Shown here: piece after piece, positions 27,978 through 33,408 of the stretch
Numbering within the stretch: the stretch's first letter is position 1
Layout: each line of letters begins with the position of its first letter
Assembly: GCA_002299495.1 (NCBI GenBank)
Contig: DBNZ01000001.1
Coordinates: 11,219-44,626, forward strand
Reading direction: 5' to 3'
Length of the DNA: 33,408 nt
Source: Methylococcaceae bacterium UBA659
Lineage (GTDB): Bacteria > Pseudomonadota > Gammaproteobacteria > Methylococcales > Methylomonadaceae
Made by a program: the position numbers and the translations under genes
Notes under the pieces: generated by a model
Told to the model about the DNA's origin: nothing
The model's database searches: none
The model's input: the letters and a program-made list of their open reading frames with translations, nothing else

Positions 27978-29306
27978 CTAACTAGGTAGCCCGCCTAACC
28001 GACTTGCTAATAAAAAAGTGTGCAACACCTTGATCAGATAATGATGGTCCAATACCCCCGCGCTTTCTCTTAGGCTATGCATGGCCCACATGGGATTGCC
28101 GACATCCACCGAGCGTATGCCCAATTTCGCCGAGGTGATGGGACCTATGGTACTGCCACAGGGCATATCGCAGCGGTGGGAATAGCTCTGGTAGGGCACC
28201 TTGGCCTGTTGGCACCAACTGGCAAACAAGGCGGATGAGACGCTTTCGGAGCTGTAACGTTGGCCGGCATTGACTTTAATGACCGGTCCCTGGTTGACGG
28301 TCACTTTGTGGCCGTCGTCAAACGCCGACGGGAAATTAGGTTGATAGGCATGGGCCATGTCGGCACTAACCAAAAAGCTACGCGCCATCGCTTGCAGAAA
28401 TTCCTGTTTTCCGGTTCCGGTCGCGGCGGCGACTCGCGACAGCACATCGGGCAAAAAGCTGCCATCCGCACCGATATGGCTTTCACTGCCGACTTCTTCG
28501 TGGTCGAAAAAGGCACACACCCAAGTGGCTTCGGATGGCAAGGCTAATGCGTCCAGAAATGCCGTTAAGGCGGCATGGCAAGAGGCTAAATTATCCAGTT
28601 GGCTATCGGCGATGAATTCTTGGTCGCCGCCCCAAAACGCCCCTTTTTGAGTATCGTAGACGTTCAAATCCCAAGACAGGATACTTGCCGCCGCGATACC
28701 CGATACCCGTTGCAGCAATTCGGTAAAATAAGGCCGCGGCAATTGCTCCTCGGCGACATTGGCTAAGAGCAACGGCAGCTCGTTGTGCTTTTGCAGTTTA
28801 AGGCCGTCGTCATTGACGCTGCGGTTAAGGTGTATGGGTAAATTGGGCAACCTCAGCAAGGCTTCATCAAACCGGATTAGCCGGGTGCCCACGCCGCCTT
28901 GCCCGTTGTTATGGCTAATGCGTCCGGCCAGGCTTAAATCACGGTCAGTGAAAGTCGCCAAAATGGGACTGCCATAAATATCCACGGATAGCCGTAACCA
29001 ATTTTCCATGATTCCAGCCGTAGCCGGTTTCAGCCTAAGCCCTGGGGAATCGGTATGGGCGCCAATAATTTTAAACCCCGTTTCCGGGAGGGCGCGTTCC
29101 CCCAAAACAAAAATGACTATCGACGAGCCGTCCCGTACCGTGTAGTAGCGCCCGCCTGCTTGCAATTGCCAAGGCTCGGTTTCTGCCAGCTTAACGCAGC
29201 CAAAGTTTGCCAGCCGTTGCTCAATCGTGGCGATGACATGCCAAGGGCTGGGGCTGGCATCGATGAAATCAAGCAAGTCTTGGGCTTGTTGTTTTGCCTC
29301 CCTCAT
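27978..29306 (-). CDS. apeB: M18 family aspartyl aminopeptidase
   Basis: [36 protein letters not shown] and MHSLRE. Confidence 0.93.
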   Translation of the reverse strand: MREAKQQAQDLLDFIDASPSPWHVIATIEQRLANFGCVKLAETEPWQLQAGGRYYTVRDGSSIVIFVLGERALPETGFKIIGAHTDSPGLRLKPATAGIMENWLRLSVDIYGSPILATFTDRDLSLAGRISHNNGQGGVGTRLIRFDEALLRLPNLPIHLNRSVNDDGLKLQKHNELPLLLANVAEEQLPRPYFTELLQRVSGIAAASILSWDLNVYDTQKGAFWGGDQEFIADSQLDNLASCHAALTAFLDALALPSEATWVCAFFDHEEVGSESHIGADGSFLPDVLSRVAAATGTGKQEFLQAMARSFLVSADMAHAYQPNFPSAFDDGHKVTVNQGPVIKVNAGQRYSSESVSSALFASWCQQAKVPYQSYSHRCDMPCGSTIGPITSAKLGIRSVDVGNPMWAMHSLRESAGVLDHHYLIKVLHTFLLASRLGGLPS

Positions 29307-29713
29307 AATGGCTTTAATTCTAGGGCTGCCGAATTAATGCAATAACGTAGACCGGTCGGTTCTGGCCCATCGCGGAACACATGCCCTAAATGGGAGCCGC
29401 AGGCCGAGCAAGTGACTTCGACCCGGCGCATGCCGTGGCTGGCGTCGATATGTTCGGTGATATTCCCGGCCGCAATAAAAGCCCAGAAACTCGGCCAGCC
29501 GGAGCCGGAATCATACTTGGTTGCGGAGCTGAACAAGGCAGCGCCACAACAGACGCAATGATAAACCCCCGGCGTTTGGCAATCGGCATATTGGCCGGAA
29601 AATGGGGGTTCCGTCCCTTTCAGACGGCAAATGGCAAATTGTTCTGGAGTGAGCCTGTCCTGCCAAGCTTCGTTATTATTATTATTATTATTATTATTAT
29701 CATCAGATGCCAT
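29303..29713 (-). CDS. msrB: Peptide-methionine (R)-S-oxide reductase MsrB
   Basis: [12 protein letters not shown] and CSAC zinc ligands, [20 protein letters not shown] and RYCINS. ATG at 29713 preferred over 29761. 4-nt overlap with the aminopeptidase gene. Confidence 0.96.
   Translation of the reverse strand: MASDDNNNNNNNNNEAWQDRLTPEQFAICRLKGTEPPFSGQYADCQTPGVYHCVCCGAALFSSATKYDSGSGWPSFWAFIAAGNITEHIDASHGMRRVEVTCSACGSHLGHVFRDGPEPTGLRYCINSAALELKPL
29673..29699. repeat. (TTA)9 trinucleotide microsatellite encoding poly-Asn in the MsrB N-terminus
   Basis: Nine perfect TTA units read directly. The protein reads MASDD-N9-EAW. Confidence 0.95.
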
Positions 29714-30008
29714 CGTTACAATCCCAGTTAAAAAGCCTAATTGTACGACGAGCCGGTTCATTATCTAAAACTATTCACAAGGGTTTAGGTTCTGTTCATG
29801 TTTCATCAAGACACTATCAACAGGTTATGGTCATGCCGGAATGACGCGATAAAAACGCTGCAACGATAAGGGCTGGGTGCTATCGGTCGTTTCCGCTTGT
29901 GTTTTGGCAATAAACAGCAAAATTCGTCCCTGCCTCGCTCCATGTAGCGCCGCCTGGGAGGCGATTACCGGCACGAGCCTGATAACGGGCGGCCGTGGGC
30001 ATCATGAC

Positions 30009-31202
30009 TTATCCTGCAAACGAAATTAATTTGACCGTGTGCCGGGCAATCATCAGGTTTTCATCGGTAGGCACCACCCATGCCGAGAGTTTTGAGTCCG
30101 GCATAGAAATACGGGTGGCCGCCGCCAGATTGGCCTTTTCATCCAAATCAAGCCCTAACCAAGCCGCCTGATGGCATACTTGCGCCCGGACCGGCGCGGA
30201 ATGTTCACCTATGCCGCCGGTGAACACCAGCGCGTCCACGCCTCCGAGCGCGGCCGCCAACGAGCCAATTTCCCGGCCGATGCGATAGACGAACAATGCA
30301 ATGGCCTGTTTGGCATGCGGGTCATCGCTGTCCAGCAAGGCGCGCATATCGTTGGAAACGCCCGAAACACCCAGCAAACCCGATTGGAAGTAAAGCAACT
30401 GCTGTAGCTCATTAACACCCATGCTGTGGCGTTCCATCAGATACAGCAGCACCCCAGGGTCAATACTGCCGCAACGGGTGCCCATCACCAACCCATCCAG
30501 CGGCGAAAAGCCCATCGTGGTAGCGATGCTGCGCCCATTTTGCAGCGCACAGAGGCTGGCGCCGCTGCCCAAATGGGCGACGATGACCCGCATCTGTGCC
30601 AATCCGGATTCCAGTGAAGGCAACATAGCAGCGATAAATTCGTAAGACAAGCCATGAAACCCATACCGGCGTATGCCCTCATCGGCAAACCGCCGGGGTA
30701 AGGCAATGCGTTGGGCAACTTCGGGCTGGGTGCAATGGAATGCCGTATCGAAACACGCCACTTGGGGGATGGAAGGTTTCATCGCCAGTAAGGCGCGGAT
30801 AGTGGCGAGGTTATGCGGCTGATGCAGCGGCGCCAAAGGGGCTAGGCCGTCCAAATCGTTAAGGATTTTTGCGTTGATCAAGGCCGGGGCTGAATAGCGC
30901 TGCCCGCCGTGGACTATCCTATGCCCAACCGCCAGCAATTCCCCGTTGCCCAAATAATCCACCAGCCAGCCGAGAACCCGTGCGATGGCTGCGGCATGGT
31001 CAGGTATTTCCCGGTCGCTGAACGGGTCATCCACTAACACCTCACCCCGGGTTTTTTTCACCCAGAAACGGGGTTGGCTGTTAATACCTTCAATCTGCCC
31101 GGCGCAATCTCCTAACAGATGAGTTGACGGCGCATCTGTTTTGTAAACGGCAAACTTGATGCTGGAAGAACCCGCATTGATGACCAGTAAGTATTTGTTC
31201 AT
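30009..31202 (-). CDS. ackA: Acetate/propionate kinase
   Basis: INAGSSSIKF, HRIVHGG, FDTAFH, RRYGFHGLSY, HLGSGAS, TMGFSPLDG, FTGGIGE and PTDE. Confidence 0.96.
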   Translation of the reverse strand: MNKYLLVINAGSSSIKFAVYKTDAPSTHLLGDCAGQIEGINSQPRFWVKKTRGEVLVDDPFSDREIPDHAAAIARVLGWLVDYLGNGELLAVGHRIVHGGQRYSAPALINAKILNDLDGLAPLAPLHQPHNLATIRALLAMKPSIPQVACFDTAFHCTQPEVAQRIALPRRFADEGIRRYGFHGLSYEFIAAMLPSLESGLAQMRVIVAHLGSGASLCALQNGRSIATTMGFSPLDGLVMGTRCGSIDPGVLLYLMERHSMGVNELQQLLYFQSGLLGVSGVSNDMRALLDSDDPHAKQAIALFVYRIGREIGSLAAALGGVDALVFTGGIGEHSAPVRAQVCHQAAWLGLDLDEKANLAAATRISMPDSKLSAWVVPTDENLMIARHTVKLISFAG

Positions 31203-31325
31203 GTAACAGCCTCAATTTACGGCAACCATTGTCTTTACCCAGCGCTAGCCGACCCATTTGCAGAGGTAACCTGATTGCACCAAAACCAAAAAGAGCGCAA
31301 AAAATGTTAGCCCCATCTCTACCCA

Positions 31326-31437
31326 ATTGATCCGGCCTTATTCCGTGTTAACCTGCGTTTGCCTTGAGCGGGTCGAAAAGCGCATGTGCTTCGACTGGCA
31401 GCACGAACGGTTCAATACTTTAAAGGGCCGGATCAAT
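31326..31437. mobile_element. ~112-bp MITE/REP-like palindromic element
   Basis: Perfect 12-bp terminal inverted repeats ATTGATCCGGCC / GGCCGGATCAAT enclose a degenerate inner palindrome, CGTTTGCCTTGAGCGGGTCGAA...TTCGACTGGCAGCACGAACG. Confidence 0.65.
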
Positions 31438-31542
31438 CAGTCCAACCGAAAGGCTGGCTACGGACGGTGGCGAACAGCTACCTTTTTATTGGCCAGTCCA
31501 AAGTATTTGGCTCGACCAAGCCATTGGCCGCCAAATGTGCGT

Positions 31543-32706
31543 TTATAGCGCGGCCATATTGCCGCTCACAGGGCCGGCCTGCTTGAAATAATCGACTATA
31601 CCGTGATAAATCGCCTCGGCCACTTTAGCCTGGTAAGCTTCACTCAACAAATTTCTCTCCTCGGCCGGATTCGAGATGAATGCAGTCTCCACCAATACGG
31701 AGGGAATATCGGGCGATTTTAAAACGATAAAACCGGCTTTTTGCACCGTGTTTTTATGCAGCGGGTTAACTTTTCCAAAACTCTTAAGCACTTCATTAGC
31801 GGCCATAGAGCTATGTTCCAAAGTGGCGTTTTGCGATAAATCCAATAACACCGTGGCCAAGTCGTCGTCGTCGCCTTTATCATTGAGGCTAATCCCTCCT
31901 AACAAGTCGGCGCTATTTTCTTTTTCCGCCAACCATCGGGCCGCTTCGCTGGATGCCCCATGTTTGGAAAGGGTATAAACAGAAGCTCCTTTCACCGAAG
32001 TGTCTTGGTAGGCATCGGCATGAATCGACACAAACAAGTCGGCATTGGCTTCCCGGGCAATGTCAATGCGTTTCCTCAGCCCAATAAAATGATCGCTGTC
32101 GCGTGTTAAGACGGCTTTGACCCCCTCTTTTCGATTGAACAAGGCCGCTAATTTTTTGGCGATTTTTAACGTAACGTCCTTTTCTAGGGTGCCGTGAATC
32201 CCGCGAGCACCAGGATCAGAGCCTCCATGCCCCGCATCAATCGCCACCACCCATTCATTAGTTTGGAGTTTGGCGGGTTTGCTTGAGCTATCGGCTTCCT
32301 GCTTGGCAATCAAATCAACCGTCAATTCGGAGCCTGCGGCGCTGGTTTGGTATAACAACTGGCCAGCGCCGTCCTCTTGTTTTAGGTCAACCACCAACCT
32401 GATGCCCTGCCCGTCCCGGACAGCGGATCTAATCCTTCCAATCAAGGGATGGTCTTCGGGCGGCTGTCCAAGCTTGTCCGCTAGATGGGTGTCTTGTAAA
32501 TCGATCACTAACCGGGCCGGGTTTTCCAACATAAAAAGACGACTCTTAGGTGAAGAGCCGTCAAACACGATGCGTAAATCTTGCCCTTCTTTCGGATAGT
32601 CAATGGCTGCAATAGCAACCGCCTGCGCGTAACAAGGCAGAGAGAGCAATAACCAGCAGCAGCCAAGGCTTAACATTTTCGGGATAATTTTCATAGACCC
32701 TATCAA
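31543..32706 (-). CDS. N-acetylmuramoyl-L-alanine amidase (AMIN + Amidase_3; AmiB/AmiC-like)
   Basis: Signal peptide, AMIN motif LENPARLVIDL, IDAGHGG-DPGA, EKDVTL, FVSIHADA and PSVLVETAFISN. The start could be the second Met at 32694. Confidence 0.93.
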   Translation of the reverse strand: MIGSMKIIPKMLSLGCCWLLLSLPCYAQAVAIAAIDYPKEGQDLRIVFDGSSPKSRLFMLENPARLVIDLQDTHLADKLGQPPEDHPLIGRIRSAVRDGQGIRLVVDLKQEDGAGQLLYQTSAAGSELTVDLIAKQEADSSSKPAKLQTNEWVVAIDAGHGGSDPGARGIHGTLEKDVTLKIAKKLAALFNRKEGVKAVLTRDSDHFIGLRKRIDIAREANADLFVSIHADAYQDTSVKGASVYTLSKHGASSEAARWLAEKENSADLLGGISLNDKGDDDDLATVLLDLSQNATLEHSSMAANEVLKSFGKVNPLHKNTVQKAGFIVLKSPDIPSVLVETAFISNPAEERNLLSEAYQAKVAEAIYHGIVDYFKQAGPVSGNMAAL

Positions 32707-32857
32707 AACTTGTTAAATCGCTTTAAATTCTATCAATACCCTTTTGTTTTTCAAAGAATATTTTGCCTGTCGCCTATTCTGGAAAGAACCATAAAGCCGC
32801 CAATCACCGCCGGGTGAATGGCACTTAATATTGAAAACGAGAGGGATATTTAGCCGG

Positions 32858-32875
32858 GTAGGGTAGGCACCCTAC
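32858..32875. repeat. GTAGGGT-AGGC-ACCCTAC hairpin (GTAG-type REP-like element or terminator)
   Basis: 7-bp perfect stem with a 4-nt loop, 28 bp beyond the stop of the DUF3782-like gene. Confidence 0.45.
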
Positions 32876-32903
32876 GTTTTAGCTCACCCCGACCAGCCCC
32901 CGC

Positions 32904-33407
32904 CTACCAAACCCGGGGCTTGAATGCGCCGTCGTTGCGAATCAGCAAATGGTCGCCGGATTGCGCGATCACAAACAAGCCCTTCTGGTAAGCATAGACG
33001 GCGACGTTGTCGGGCATCACCATCCCCGTGACCGCGCCCATGACACGCTTGCCTTGATAGCTTGGCAGCAGGCGTTTCAGTTTGCCTAAGCGTTCTAAAT
33101 GGGCGTTGACATCGTCAATGCTCAACGTGCTTTTGCACTCGATGGCCACCACATCGCTGTCGTTGACCACCAGCAAGTCCACTTCGATGCCTTCATCGCC
33201 GCGCTGGGCCTCGACGTTGCGGTGCACCTCGTGAACCGCTATGCCTTGTTCCCGAAACAGGCGCACGGCGGCGGGGCGCACCATTTCCTCGACAAAGTCC
33301 CCGAGCTTGTTGCCCAGCCGCCCGATGCTGGCGGTCATGGCCTTGATCTTTTTGTCGGTTTCCTGCATCTGGCGGTCGATTTCTTGCCTCCGGCGGTCGG
33401 CTTCTTG
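32904..33407 (-). CDS. Coiled-coil + PD-(D/E)XK nuclease-fold protein (DUF3782-like), 5'-truncated by the window edge
   Basis: The frame is open to the window end and reads QEADRRRQEIDRQMQETDKKIK..., then LGNKLGDFVEEMV, EVDLLVVN...AIECKS and GLFVIAQSGD. Confidence 0.8.
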   Translation of the reverse strand, partial: QEADRRRQEIDRQMQETDKKIKAMTASIGRLGNKLGDFVEEMVRPAAVRLFREQGIAVHEVHRNVEAQRGDEGIEVDLLVVNDSDVVAIECKSTLSIDDVNAHLERLGKLKRLLPSYQGKRVMGAVTGMVMPDNVAVYAYQKGLFVIAQSGDHLLIRNDGAFKPRVW

Positions 33408-33408
33408 C

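Noticed and set aside
29714..29761. Longer MsrB start at 29761
   Set aside because: The extension does not resemble MsrB or a convincing signal peptide. ATG 29713 gives a typical length.
31090..31586. Small ORFs between ackA and the amidase gene
   Set aside because: They overlap the palindromic repeat element or neighbouring genes and have no recognisable motifs.
32819..32836. Sigma54 promoter-like TGGCACTTAATATTGAAA
   Set aside because: It lacks the GC at -12 with correct spacing, and it points away from the amidase gene.

Overview
Core-chromosomal window of a gammaproteobacterium of roughly 50% GC (judged by eye). Gene style and content are consistent with a Methylococcaceae-type methanotroph, but that is inference. 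From left to right: the 3' tip of a NirJ/AhbC-like radical SAM gene; a minus-strand run of two identical tRNA-Phe(GAA) genes, recC, gnd, zwf and pgl; a plus-strand surface-glycan cluster (large GT2+GT4 glycosyltransferase, two sulfotransferase-like genes, and an lpxD outside its usual operon); an unusual two-gene partner-switching module (CBS-CBS-PP2C-HATPase protein plus STAS-STAS-PhnD-like protein); tgpA-like transglutaminase; glnS; a PEP-CTERM/FeeM-type acyltransferase; a minus-strand run of msrB, M18 aminopeptidase, yfiR, a GGDEF-EAL sensor and a TonB-dependent receptor; ackA; an AMIN-amidase; and a truncated coiled-coil PD-(D/E)XK (DUF3782-like) gene. Several palindromic, MITE/REP-like and simple-sequence repeats lie between genes. 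I saw no integrase, transposase, CRISPR array or rRNA. The best candidate for an undescribed system is the sigma-factor-less kinase/phosphatase and tandem-STAS module at 14119-17878.
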